A program made the position numbers and the translations under genes. Positions 37,320-46,041 of a stretch of DNA of 64,000 nucleotides are shown here, piece after piece; position 1 is the stretch's first letter, and each line of letters begins with the position of its first letter. Origin of the DNA: Candidatus Dormiibacterota bacterium. Its GTDB lineage: Bacteria; Chloroflexota; Dormibacteria; Dormibacterales; Dormibacteraceae. Under the pieces are notes generated by a model. The model was not told the origin of the DNA, ran no database searches, and worked only from the letters and a program-made list of their open reading frames with translations. The stretch covers positions 4,797 through 68,796 of the forward strand of contig DATBYW010000029.1 of assembly GCA_036513515.1 (NCBI GenBank), read 5' to 3'.

Positions 37320-38135
37320 ATGGCTGAGCGCCTCGAAGTCCGAAAGACGTACAAGCTCTACGTGGGCGGCCAGTTCGTACGCTCGGAGTCGGGGCGCTCG
37401 TACGCGGCCGAGGGATTCAACGTCCCCCGCGCCTCGCGGAAGGACCTGCGCGACTCGGTGCGAGCCGCCCGCGCCGCCTTTCCGGGCTGGTCTGCTCGGA
37501 CGGCCATGAACCGGGGACAGATCCTGTACCGGATCGCCGAGATGCTGGAGGGGAGGCGCGCCCAGTTCCTGAGCCTGCTCGGCGGGGGACGTCCGGCAGG
37601 CCGGCAGGTGGACGCCGCGATCGCGACCTGGGTCTGGTACGCGGGCTTGACGGACAAGGTTGCGCAGCTGTCCGGGACCATCAATCCCGTGGGCGGTCCC
37701 TACTTCAACTTCACGATTCCGGAGCCGACCGGCGTGGTAGGGATGGTCGCCCCCGAGGAACCCCCTCTGCTGGGGCTGGTGGCTCGTCTCGCACCGGCCC
37801 TCTGCGGTGGCAATACGGTTGTCGCCCTGGCCTCCGAGCCGCTGCCCCTGGCCGCCCTCACCCTGGCCGAGGTGCTGGCCACCGGCGACCTGCCGCCGGG
37901 CGTCGTCAACCTGCTCAGCGGCCGGCGGGCTGAGCTCCTTCCCTGGCTGGCATCCCACATGGACGTGAACGCGGTCGACGCCGGTGCCTGCACCGACCCG
38001 GAGCTGGCGGCTGTGGAGGAGGCGGCGGCGGGCAACCTCAAGCGGGTGCTGCGCCAGCGGGAAGCCCAGCCGAGCCCGCAGGCGGTAACCGCGTTGATGG
38101 AGTTCAAGACGGTCTGGCACCCGATCGGCGTGTAG
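37320..38135 (+). CDS. Truncated aldehyde-dehydrogenase-like protein lacking the catalytic domain
   Basis: 271 aa. Keeps the ALDH N-terminal/NAD-binding part (YKLYVGGQFV, GNTVVALASEPLPLAAL, LPPGVVNLLSG) and a C-terminal tail (EFKTVWHPIG). There is no LELGGK-type Glu segment and no catalytic Cys segment. PWNFP is replaced by PEEPP. Confidence 0.75.
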   Translation: MAERLEVRKTYKLYVGGQFVRSESGRSYAAEGFNVPRASRKDLRDSVRAARAAFPGWSARTAMNRGQILYRIAEMLEGRRAQFLSLLGGGRPAGRQVDAAIATWVWYAGLTDKVAQLSGTINPVGGPYFNFTIPEPTGVVGMVAPEEPPLLGLVARLAPALCGGNTVVALASEPLPLAALTLAEVLATGDLPPGVVNLLSGRRAELLPWLASHMDVNAVDAGACTDPELAAVEEAAAGNLKRVLRQREAQPSPQAVTALMEFKTVWHPIGV

Positions 38136-38200
38136 CCGCCCTCGTCGAGGGCCTTGTCGGCGCCCTGGAGCCTGCCCGCGACCCCGAGCGCGCGGCCGCC

Positions 38201-38803
38201 ATGAGTGCGTACCTGCGAAACCAGTTCCCCTGCCTGGGCATCTCCTTGCCAAAGCTGGACGCCCTGCTGCGCGAGCTGCCCAGGCCAGAGCCGGAGGAGG
38301 CAATCGATTTTGCACTGGCCTGCTGGGAGCTGCCCGAGCGCGAGTATCAGTACGCTGGAATCCGCCGCCTGAGCTCGGCGCGGCGCCGCCTGCAGGCGGA
38401 GCGGCTGCCAGACCTGGAGCGGCTGATCACGACCAAATCCTGGTGGGACACGGTCGACGCGCTCGCCACCGACGTGGTGGGCTCCCTCGTGATGGCGCAC
38501 CCCACGTTGGTGGCGGAGATGGATCGCTGGCTGGAATCAGACAACATGTGGCTGGCCCGGTCCGCCATCCTGCACCAGGATCGCTGGAAGGAGAAGACCG
38601 ACGCCCGGCGGCTGTTCGCCTACTGCCTGCGCCGAGCCGGCGATCGGGACTTCTTCATCCGCAAGGCGATCGGCTGGTCGCTCCGCTCGTACGCCGCCGT
38701 GGACCCGGCCGAGGTCGCGAGGTTCGTCGAGAAGCACGAGGCGGAGCTCTCAGGTCTTTCCAGGCGGGAAGCCCTCAGAGGAGTCCAGAGACACTTGCGC
38801 TAG
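38201..38803 (+). CDS. DNA alkylation repair (AlkC/AlkD-like HEAT-repeat) protein
   Basis: Contains MSAYLRNQFPCLGI, WWDTVD and FIRKAIGWSLR. High GC3 and family-like sequence continue upstream of the ATG (from about 38114) without any ATG/GTG/TTG, so the true 5' end is unclear. Confidence 0.75.
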   Translation: MSAYLRNQFPCLGISLPKLDALLRELPRPEPEEAIDFALACWELPEREYQYAGIRRLSSARRRLQAERLPDLERLITTKSWWDTVDALATDVVGSLVMAHPTLVAEMDRWLESDNMWLARSAILHQDRWKEKTDARRLFAYCLRRAGDRDFFIRKAIGWSLRSYAAVDPAEVARFVEKHEAELSGLSRREALRGVQRHLR

Positions 38804-38864
38804 GTCGCTCAGCGATATATCGTGGAGCGGTGCAGAAGGAGGAGGGCAGGCAAGCCGACCCGGC

Positions 38865-39374
38865 GTGAACTGGCTGCTCTGGCTCTACCCGCGCTCCTGG
38901 CGGCGCCGCTACCGGCGAGAGATGGAAGCGCTGCTCGAGGAGACGTCCACCACGCCACGCGCCCTGCTCGACCTTCTGAGCGGCGCCATCGACGCCTGGC
39001 TCCACCCGCAGCGGCTTCCCTCGGCGGCCCCTTTCGGCCGTCGCCGGTCTCGCGGACCAAGGGCCATGATCGCCGCCACCGCCCTCGGTGTGGCTCTGGT
39101 GGTCGCCTGGTGGCTCCTGGGGGGCCGGCACGGGCCGTGGGGCGGCCACCTGCCCTGGAGATCGCTGGCTGTGGGAGCGGGGGCGGCAGGGCTTGTCGTG
39201 TCCCTACTGGCCGCCCTGCTGCGACGCCGCCGGGGGTCGAGACGGTGGCCGCGGAACGAGGACCCAGGCGAAGGAGCGCCTGTCCCGGCGCGGCCGCTTC
39301 CCGACGCTCCGCCCGCGCTGACCGCGGCGGGCGGCGCTAGTCGCGGTAGCGGTAGACGATCCGACCTCGACTGA
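38865..39374 (+). CDS. Hypothetical membrane protein
   Basis: 169 aa with high GC3 and two hydrophobic helices. The N-terminus is [19 protein letters not shown]. Its 3' end overlaps the convergent infA by 38 nt. Confidence 0.55.
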   Translation: MNWLLWLYPRSWRRRYRREMEALLEETSTTPRALLDLLSGAIDAWLHPQRLPSAAPFGRRRSRGPRAMIAATALGVALVVAWWLLGGRHGPWGGHLPWRSLAVGAGAAGLVVSLLAALLRRRRGSRRWPRNEDPGEGAPVPARPLPDAPPALTAAGGASRGSGRRSDLD

Positions 39375-39633
39375 GGTCGTAAGGCGACAGCTCCACCCTG
39401 ATCCGGTCTCCCGGAGTGATCCGGATGAAGTAGCGGCGCATTCTCCCCGCCGCATAGGCGATGAGTTTGTGCCCGTTCTCCAGCTCGACCTCGAACATGG
39501 CGTTGGGCAGAGCCTGGGTGACGGCCGCGTCCATCACGACCGCCTCTTCCTTCGGCTGTTCTCCGTTGCTTTTGTCCTTGCGAGCCCGCGCCGGCCGCCG
39601 AGGGCCGCGGCGAGGTGTTGATGATCTTGCCAA
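39337..39633 (-). CDS. infA: Translation initiation factor IF-1 (S1/OB fold) with a possible basic N-terminal extension
   Basis: [56 protein letters not shown] is unmistakably IF-1. The maximal ORF starts at a TTG (39633). An alternative GTG/ATG at about 39537-39532 follows AAGGAAGAGG. Confidence 0.88.
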   Translation of the reverse strand: MARSSTPRRGPRRPARARKDKSNGEQPKEEAVVMDAAVTQALPNAMFEVELENGHKLIAYAAGRMRRYFIRITPGDRIRVELSPYDLSRGRIVYRYRD

Positions 39634-39726
39634 TTCGACGACAGTCTACCGAAGCTGGTCCGCTCCGCCCGCCGCCTTATCTCGGAATTCCCTCCCCGCC
39701 GCGGGGGGCGGAATCCTGTTGCGCCC

Positions 39727-40563
39727 CTATCTGGACCCGCCGGGTGTCCTCGGCCGGCTCGCGTTCCAGCGCTCGATCCAGCTGCCCACCACCGCGGGAT
39801 CTTCAGTTCCCGACCCCAGCTGCCTCACCGAGTGCTCGACCCGAGCCGTGAAGGCCCGTGAGTCCTCGCCGGGGTTAAGCGCCAGCGGCTTGCCGATCCG
39901 GACCGCCACGGGGCCCGGCAGGGGGAAGGCGCGGCCCTTGGGCATGACGCGATGCGAGCCCTTGATGTGCATCGGGACGACCGGGCTCCTGGTCTGGTTG
40001 GCAAGGTGCCCCAGGCCGGGCTGGAAGTGGCCCATCCGCCCGTCGGCGGACCGGGTCCCCTCGGCGTAGTAGAGGAGGTTCCAGCCCGACTTCAGGAGCT
40101 CGCTGGCGCTGTGCAGCACCTCGCGCGCCCCGCCGGTGCGCGAGAACGGGAAGGTGTTCAGCCAGAGTCCCACCACCCGGCCCAGCCACGGCCGCCGATA
40201 CCAGTAGTCGGCGGCTGCAGCGACTACCGTCCTTTCACGGGCCCCGTCAGGTAATGCGTAGAGCAGGATCTGGGTGTCGGCGTGGCTCACGTGGTTCGAG
40301 GCGAGGATCGCCGGCCGGTCCAGCTCGCGGAGCCACTCCCGGCCTTCGACCTGGGGATCCGTCATGACCCGCGTGAACGGCAGGGAGAGGCCCCGCTGGA
40401 TCAGCAGGCGGAAGCTGCGGACGGGCTCCGTCCGCGCCCAGCTCAGGTTGCTCGGGCGGTCGGGCACGCCGGGTGCCGGCTCCGGCCAGCTGGCCGGACG
40501 TACACCGCCCCAGCGCCAGCCCCGACGCAGGGTCTCCAGGTCCGAGACCAGCTCGAACCTCAC
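39727..40563 (-). CDS. Lysophospholipid/glycerol-3-phosphate acyltransferase family protein (PlsC-like)
   Basis: HX4D motif (NHVSHAD) and the AEGTRS motif. The GTG start overlaps the upstream stop (GTGA). Confidence 0.85.
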   Translation of the reverse strand: MRFELVSDLETLRRGWRWGGVRPASWPEPAPGVPDRPSNLSWARTEPVRSFRLLIQRGLSLPFTRVMTDPQVEGREWLRELDRPAILASNHVSHADTQILLYALPDGARERTVVAAAADYWYRRPWLGRVVGLWLNTFPFSRTGGAREVLHSASELLKSGWNLLYYAEGTRSADGRMGHFQPGLGHLANQTRSPVVPMHIKGSHRVMPKGRAFPLPGPVAVRIGKPLALNPGEDSRAFTARVEHSVRQLGSGTEDPAVVGSWIERWNASRPRTPGGSR

Positions 40564-42137
40564 GTGACTTCAGCCAGAAGCACCGGCGGCATCCGGAGGT
40601 GCGTGACGCTGGGAAAGCGGCCGACCGTCTGCTCCGCCATCTCGAAGGCGTCCTGCAGCGTGCTGGCGCACTTGAAGCCCAGGCGATGCACCGCTTCGCG
40701 CTCGCCGCCTACGACTATCACGTCGCCCAGGTGTTCTATCGCGTGGGCGGCCCAGTACCAGGCGTAGAAGGGGTGAACTCCGTGGTAGGCGTACGACTTG
40801 CGGTAGAGCTGCCGATACCAGGAATCCTCGGCGAAGCGCTGTTCCCAGCGCTCCTCGACCAGCATCGGGTCCGTCGTGTCGGCCAGCACTTCGTCATAGA
40901 AGTCGATATAGCTGGGGTGCTGGACTGAGTCGAACTCATAGCGGCAGGGGTGGGTCAGGATGGCGACGCCTCCTGCCCGCACCACGGGCTTGCCTCGGTA
41001 GAAGTTGAACATGTAGCCGAGGCCCATACAGGCCACCAGGACCGGGTTCATGGCGGCGTTCACGTTGTATGGACAGAGGTACGGCACGCCCATCGTTATG
41101 ACGTCCGTCTGGCCCTCGACCTCCACCAGCATCTGCTTGTTCACCGCTTTCAACGTCTGCTCGTGGACGGCCTCGACCTGGCCCGACTGCACGCTGGTCA
41201 TGCCGTAGGGAGCGCGCATCGCGTGGAAGGCCGAGCGTTTCACCGCCGGCGGGGCCAGGTCGCAGAACTGCTTCACCGCCAGGAAGGTGGCCTGGTCCGC
41301 GGGCGTCCAGTCGAACTCCCGCTTCTGCATGAAGCTGACCACCGAGGGAAAGGGCCGGTTGTTGACAGTGGTCTCGATGTGGAAGACGCGCACCGTGTCC
41401 TCGATCAGCTGGCCCTGCCTGATGCAGGCGTGGTGCAGTGCCGAGTCCCGCGGACTCATGAAGGAGCGAGAGCCGAGCAGAGTGCGCACGTTGTGATGGG
41501 GACGCACGCTCCGGTAACTGCCCAGGCCTGTCGCTATCGACTTGTGGCCACCATCCATGGGGACCAGCGTGAGGTTCACATAGACCACCAGGTCGGACTC
41601 GGCGGCGCGGCGGTTGAGCGTCACCTCCTCGCCCTCTCCGGTGAGGCCGACGTAGACGTTCCCCTCCGGATCCTCCGCGTCGTGGTTGTAGAGCCGTTCG
41701 GGATAGAAGGTGGTGAAGACACGGTCGCCCACGATGTGTCGGAGCTCGTCCTCCGTCATCCGCCTGTGCAGGGAGTTGGCGGCGATCAGGTGGACGTCCT
41801 CGACGCCGGACTCGGCGGCGAGCTCGATCACCTCCTCGAGCACCAGCTGGCGCACGTCCGGCTGGGCCATCGGGGGAAGCGGGAGCGAGAGATCGTCGAA
41901 GGCGATCGTCAGCTTCATGCCCGGCCGCAGCAGCGCCTTGAGCGGGTCGTCCTCCAGCGGTTTGCTCAGTGCCCGCCGGATCGCGCGCTCCGGGTGCTGC
42001 AGCGGATCCAGCGGGTCCGGCGGGTAGAGGATCCGGCTGCCGAGCGGAAGCTTCTCCAGGCGCACCCCCTCGCCGAAGTGAAACAGCGTCGGCGGCGTGT
42101 GGCGGTCGACTTCGAGGACGGCTCCTGGACGGCCCAT
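40560..42137 (-). CDS. LarA-like (lactate racemase N-terminal domain / DUF2088) protein, divergent
   Basis: 525 aa. LIAANSLHRR aligns with LarA VATGFHRP (His108). DGGHKSIATGLGSY aligns with SGGRKSVLPGIASY (Lys184). RPHHN aligns with MANHS (His200). The ESH segment (His174) is not conserved. The comparison is with L. plantarum LarA from memory. Confidence 0.6.
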   Translation of the reverse strand: MGRPGAVLEVDRHTPPTLFHFGEGVRLEKLPLGSRILYPPDPLDPLQHPERAIRRALSKPLEDDPLKALLRPGMKLTIAFDDLSLPLPPMAQPDVRQLVLEEVIELAAESGVEDVHLIAANSLHRRMTEDELRHIVGDRVFTTFYPERLYNHDAEDPEGNVYVGLTGEGEEVTLNRRAAESDLVVYVNLTLVPMDGGHKSIATGLGSYRSVRPHHNVRTLLGSRSFMSPRDSALHHACIRQGQLIEDTVRVFHIETTVNNRPFPSVVSFMQKREFDWTPADQATFLAVKQFCDLAPPAVKRSAFHAMRAPYGMTSVQSGQVEAVHEQTLKAVNKQMLVEVEGQTDVITMGVPYLCPYNVNAAMNPVLVACMGLGYMFNFYRGKPVVRAGGVAILTHPCRYEFDSVQHPSYIDFYDEVLADTTDPMLVEERWEQRFAEDSWYRQLYRKSYAYHGVHPFYAWYWAAHAIEHLGDVIVVGGEREAVHRLGFKCASTLQDAFEMAEQTVGRFPSVTHLRMPPVLLAEVT

Positions 42138-42201
42138 CAGATTGGGAGGATAAGCGAGCCAGCGGTCGCCCTGCGTCGGCGACCTCTCGAAATCGAGCGG
42201 C

Positions 42202-43374
42202 TCAGCGTAGGCGGCGCAGGTCGAAGGCCACCCTGGCGGCGCCGAGGCGCCCGGCTTCGACGGCGTAGGCGATCGCCTGACGGTACTGGCTGAGCCCGAA
42301 GAGCGGGCCCGTCAGCTGCTCCAGCCGGAGGGCCGGCGCCGCTTCCAGGGCCAGCTCGAAAGTGCGGGCACCGGTGGCCTCCCGGCCGTAGGCATAGCTG
42401 CCCGTGACGTTGAGCTCGCGCTGCCAGATGGGTGCCCAATCCACTCGCTCCTCGGCCGGCATGCCGACGACCGCCAGCCGGCCGCCGCCTCGCGTGAAGC
42501 GAACCGCGTCGTTCAGGCCACGTGCGCTGCCGGTGCATTCGAAAGTCAGGTCGGCGCCGCCGAGAAGCAGTTCCCCCTCCCTGCTCTCCAGCCGGCGGGC
42601 GCCGGTTGCGAAGCGCAGGCGCTGGAAGACCTCGTCCGGGCCGACCACCTGGTCGGCGCCGAGCCGGCGTGCCTGCTCCCTCTGGAAGGGATGCTTGGCA
42701 ACCGCTATGAGCCGCTTCGGCGGGGTGAGCAGCCGCACCGCCGCCACCGTAAGCAGGCCGATCGTGCCCGCGCCCTGGACCACCACCACCTCGTCGGGCC
42801 GGGCGGCCCCCTTCAAAGCCGCGTGAATGCAGCAGGCGAAGGGCTCGACGAGCACCGCCGCCTCGTCCGGCAGCTCGTCGGGGATCTGGTGAAGCTGGCT
42901 CTCGTGGGCGACCAGGACCTCTCCCCAGCCTCCGCCGGTCGAGGCGCAGTAGCCGGTCTGCAGGCCCACCTCGATCGGTCCCTCGGTGACGTTCTCACAG
43001 AGTCCTGGGCGCCCGTCGGCGCAGCGAGCGCACTCCGGCTCCACCCCGCGCACCCGGCAGCCCAGGGCTGGCTCGACGACCACACGGGTGCCGTCCTCCA
43101 GCTCACCCACGACCTCGTGTCCTGGCACGAAGGGATAGCTGGTCAGGAGATCGAGGTAGAGGGAGGCGTGGCCGGTGATCGCGGAGGTGTCCGATCCGCA
43201 GATGCCGCCCAGGCTGGGGAGCACGCGCACCCACCCTGGTCCGGGCAGCCGCGGCTCCTCGACCTCTCCCAGGTGGAGCATGGAGAAGTCGCTGGTCGCG
43301 ACCGCGGTCCTGCCGCCGGTCGCCTTGACCAGGGCGTAGGCGGGGACGGAGCGGACGTACTCGAGGGCGAGCAG
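42202..43374 (-). CDS. Zinc-dependent alcohol dehydrogenase (MDR superfamily)
   Basis: Contains GICGSD, PGHEVVG, the structural-Zn Cys cluster CARCADGRPGLC, and GAGTIGLL. The track starts at the ATG at 43281. The 93 nt upstream are in frame, about 95% GC3 and stop-free. The only start-like codon is CTG at 43374, with GGGAGG 5 nt upstream. Confidence 0.85.
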   Translation of the reverse strand: MLALEYVRSVPAYALVKATGGRTAVATSDFSMLHLGEVEEPRLPGPGWVRVLPSLGGICGSDTSAITGHASLYLDLLTSYPFVPGHEVVGELEDGTRVVVEPALGCRVRGVEPECARCADGRPGLCENVTEGPIEVGLQTGYCASTGGGWGEVLVAHESQLHQIPDELPDEAAVLVEPFACCIHAALKGAARPDEVVVVQGAGTIGLLTVAAVRLLTPPKRLIAVAKHPFQREQARRLGADQVVGPDEVFQRLRFATGARRLESREGELLLGGADLTFECTGSARGLNDAVRFTRGGGRLAVVGMPAEERVDWAPIWQRELNVTGSYAYGREATGARTFELALEAAPALRLEQLTGPLFGLSQYRQAIAYAVEAGRLGAARVAFDLRRLR

Positions 43375-43375
43375 C

Positions 43376-45751
43376 TCAGCCTCCCACGCCTTCGCGGTAT
43401 TCCACCGAGCGGGGATCCGGCATCGGCAGCCGCCAGTTCCCGGGCGGCATCTGCCAGCGCTCGACCCGCCAGCCCCTCTGATCCGCCACCTGCGAAAGCC
43501 TGGCGTCGGGGTTGACCACGACGGCAGTCCCCACAGCCTCCAGCATGGGCAGGTCGGAGATCGCGTCGGCGTAGGCGAAGCTGTCCGGCAGAACCATCTC
43601 GTGCCGGCGGGCGTACTCCTCGAGAAGGGTCGCGCGGGCTTCTCCGGCCGGCGGAGGAGCCTGCAGGTCGCCGGTCAGCCGCCCGTCGCGCTCGAGCAAG
43701 TGCGCGCAGTCGACGTCAACCTCGAGGAGCTCGGCAAGCGGCTCGACGACGATGTCGAGGGCCCCGGTCAGGAGCAGCACCCTGTGCCCGGCCCTCTTGT
43801 GCTCGCGGATGCGCCGCACGCCCTCCGGGTAGATTCGGCGCAGGGTGACCGCGTTGAGCGCCTCCCGGCCAAGACGGCGCATCTCGGTCACCTCCAGGCC
43901 GTCGTACTCGCGGTAGAACGAGCGCTGGAACTCGGCGCGGGAGTGCCGCTCGAGATAGAGCCAGCGTGGTGCCTTGGAGGCCATGCTGGCCATGAACCTG
44001 GGCCAGTCGCCGATCGGCTGGTCCTTGAGCCGCATCCAGAAGAAGTACTCGACCACGTTGGTCTCGACGAGCGTCCCGTCCACGTCGAAGACGGCAAGCA
44101 CGTCATTCCGGCCGGCCCTCCGGCGCAGCGCCGCCAGTGCAGTGTTCGAATCCGAAACCGGGGTCGTGCTGCCGCTCGGCCCCGGACCCTTGCGAGGGCC
44201 GGTGTCGGCGCGGGACATTCGCACCACGGTGGGCAGGTGCACCCGAGAGAGGTAGTCGTGCCAGTCGAAGAGGGCCGGGTCGAAGGGGAAGCGCTCACGC
44301 TCATCGGCCGGCAGCCGCTCCCAGAGCGACATCAGGTTGCGGGTGTCGAAGATGCAGTCGACCTCGACGTAGACGCCGTACAGCTCGGCGAGGTTGAGGG
44401 CTCGCTCCAGCCGCCCCTTCTCCTCGTTGAGGTCGTCAGACCAGCGGGTGCCGGCCTGCCCCAGCGGGAGACGCTCGACCAGCTGCTGGGCCGCTTCCAC
44501 CGCCCTCAGCGCCAGCCGGCCCCGCGCGGTGAGCTCCCCGCGGCTGGGGAAGGTCCAGGTCGGCGTGCCGATCGCCTGGCCCCAACGGTCACGCAGGGGG
44601 TGGGCTGTGAAGTAGGCGGCGCTCTCGTCGTGCAGCTGGCGCAGGCGCAGGGGGTTCCGGCTTCCCGTGGCCGCGTGGTAGATGCGGTGCTCCCCGGCCG
44701 GAGGCTGGGAGGCGGCTGCAGCCAGCACGACGTTTACGACCAGGTCGGCCGGGATCACGTCGAGCACCGAGTCGGGGAGCCCGGAGAAGTCCTGGAGCAG
44801 GCCTCGGCCGAAGGCCAGGATCAGTGGCTCCGCCATCCGAAAGCCCTCCAGCCAGCCCGGGAAGGGTTCCGCCAGTGCGCTTTCGATGATGCTGGGCCGC
44901 ACGATCGACAGCGGCAGGTCACCCGCCAGCTCCACCACCGCTCTCTCTGCCATCGCCTTGGTGAAGGAGTAGATGTCCGTAAAGCCCATGGCCCGGGCGT
45001 GCGCCCGCCCCCGCTCGACCAGACGGTCTCTGACCCAGCGCTGTCGCAGGCGCTCCACGGCCCTGGCCTGGCTCGGAGTCCCGGCCGGACCCAGGCGGCT
45101 GCGGGCCTGCCGCATCAATCGATCCAGGATCTCGGGGCGCCTGCTTTCCTCCTCGACCGCCGGCCTCAACGTGCTGAGGACCTCTGCCTCGTGCCGCCAG
45201 TTGAGGCCTGGGTCGAATGGCAGCTCCTCCCTGACCAGCCCCCTCAGCATGCCGCCCACGTATGCGGTCGAGACGTGGACGAGGTGGGGACCGCCGCCGG
45301 CCTCGGTCAGAGCCTTGACCAGCCGGGTGGCGCCCAAAAGGTTGGTCTGCGCCGAGACGTCGGCAGGGTTGTCGAACTCGACGGCTGCCGCCGAGTGGAT
45401 CACGACGTCGCACCTGCCCAGCTCGTCCCGCGCCTCCTGGCTCAAGCCCAGGCCCTCGCGTCCCAGGTCGAGCTCCAGCACCGCCAGCTTCTCGGCCACC
45501 AGGCGCTCGAAGGCCTCCTCGCCCAGCTCTTCCTTGAGCCGCCGAAAGGCTGGACTGGCCAGCACTTCGCGCCGCAGCCTTTCGGCGGGAGGCCGCCTCG
45601 TGCTGGGGCGGATGGCCAGGTTGATCCGGGAGATCTCCGGCAGGCTCCGCAGGCACTTCTCGACCACCGACTTGCCGAGGAACCCGGTGGAGCCGGTGAT
45701 CAGCAGCGTCTTGCCGGCCAGGCCCCCTGCGATCCCGGGATCAGCGCTCAC
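43376..45751 (-). CDS. Fatty acyl-CoA/ACP reductase (NAD_binding_4, 'male sterility' type SDR) fused to a HAD-IB hydrolase domain
   Basis: Contains TLLITGSTGFLGKS and the YxxxK motif in IYSFTKAMAE. The C-terminal HAD part has LAVFDVDGTLV, LLTGAL and AYADAISD. GTG at 45751 overlaps the upstream ORF's stop (GTGA). The 893-aa track ORF has low GC3 upstream of this point. Confidence 0.85.
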   Translation of the reverse strand: MSADPGIAGGLAGKTLLITGSTGFLGKSVVEKCLRSLPEISRINLAIRPSTRRPPAERLRREVLASPAFRRLKEELGEEAFERLVAEKLAVLELDLGREGLGLSQEARDELGRCDVVIHSAAAVEFDNPADVSAQTNLLGATRLVKALTEAGGGPHLVHVSTAYVGGMLRGLVREELPFDPGLNWRHEAEVLSTLRPAVEEESRRPEILDRLMRQARSRLGPAGTPSQARAVERLRQRWVRDRLVERGRAHARAMGFTDIYSFTKAMAERAVVELAGDLPLSIVRPSIIESALAEPFPGWLEGFRMAEPLILAFGRGLLQDFSGLPDSVLDVIPADLVVNVVLAAAASQPPAGEHRIYHAATGSRNPLRLRQLHDESAAYFTAHPLRDRWGQAIGTPTWTFPSRGELTARGRLALRAVEAAQQLVERLPLGQAGTRWSDDLNEEKGRLERALNLAELYGVYVEVDCIFDTRNLMSLWERLPADERERFPFDPALFDWHDYLSRVHLPTVVRMSRADTGPRKGPGPSGSTTPVSDSNTALAALRRRAGRNDVLAVFDVDGTLVETNVVEYFFWMRLKDQPIGDWPRFMASMASKAPRWLYLERHSRAEFQRSFYREYDGLEVTEMRRLGREALNAVTLRRIYPEGVRRIREHKRAGHRVLLLTGALDIVVEPLAELLEVDVDCAHLLERDGRLTGDLQAPPPAGEARATLLEEYARRHEMVLPDSFAYADAISDLPMLEAVGTAVVVNPDARLSQVADQRGWRVERWQMPPGNWRLPMPDPRSVEYREGVGG

Positions 45752-46041
45752 CGCCGCCCCGAACGCCTGGCTCGTGGCGGTGGAGGCTGCTCTTTCTTGC
45801 CGGGGTTCGAGCTGGTGGACGGCCGTGGATTTGAACCGGGGCCCGACGTCCGGGGATTGGAGCTGGGGCCCGACCCCCGGGGATTGGACTTGCTCCCCGC
45901 CGGTGCCGCCGGCGGGGTTGGAGGCCCGAAGATACGCCAGCCACGAAACACGACCAGGTAGCTGACCCACACCGCCCAGGCGAAGAAGCCCAGGAGGAGG
46001 ACCAAGAGCACCACCGCAACGAGCACATCCACGATCGCCAA
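45748..46041 (-). CDS. Small membrane protein with a Pro/Ser-rich SNP-repeat tail (97 aa)
   Basis: This frame has about 80% GC3, whereas the overlapping 893-aa frame is T-rich at third positions. N-terminal TM helix IVDVLVAVVLLVLLLGFFAWAVWVSYLVVF, then KSNPRGSGPSSNPRTSGPGSNPRPSTSSNPGKK. The TTG start is uncertain. Confidence 0.65.
   Translation of the reverse strand: MAIVDVLVAVVLLVLLLGFFAWAVWVSYLVVFRGWRIFGPPTPPAAPAGSKSNPRGSGPSSNPRTSGPGSNPRPSTSSNPGKKEQPPPPRARRSGRR
45803..45892. repeat. Imperfect tandem repeat, 27-nt period, inside the small membrane-protein gene
   Basis: Units 45827-45853 and 45854-45880 match at 22 of 27 positions. Flanking partial units all carry ggattgg/ggggttcga (SNP codons on the minus strand). 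Confidence 0.75.

Noticed and set aside
40560-42137. Functional link between the nickel-dependent LarA-like protein and the nickel hydrogenase maturation genes
   Set aside because: The loci are 33 kb apart, lie on opposite strands, and are separated by many unrelated operons. No larB/larC/larE genes are in the window. A shared metal is not evidence of a shared system.
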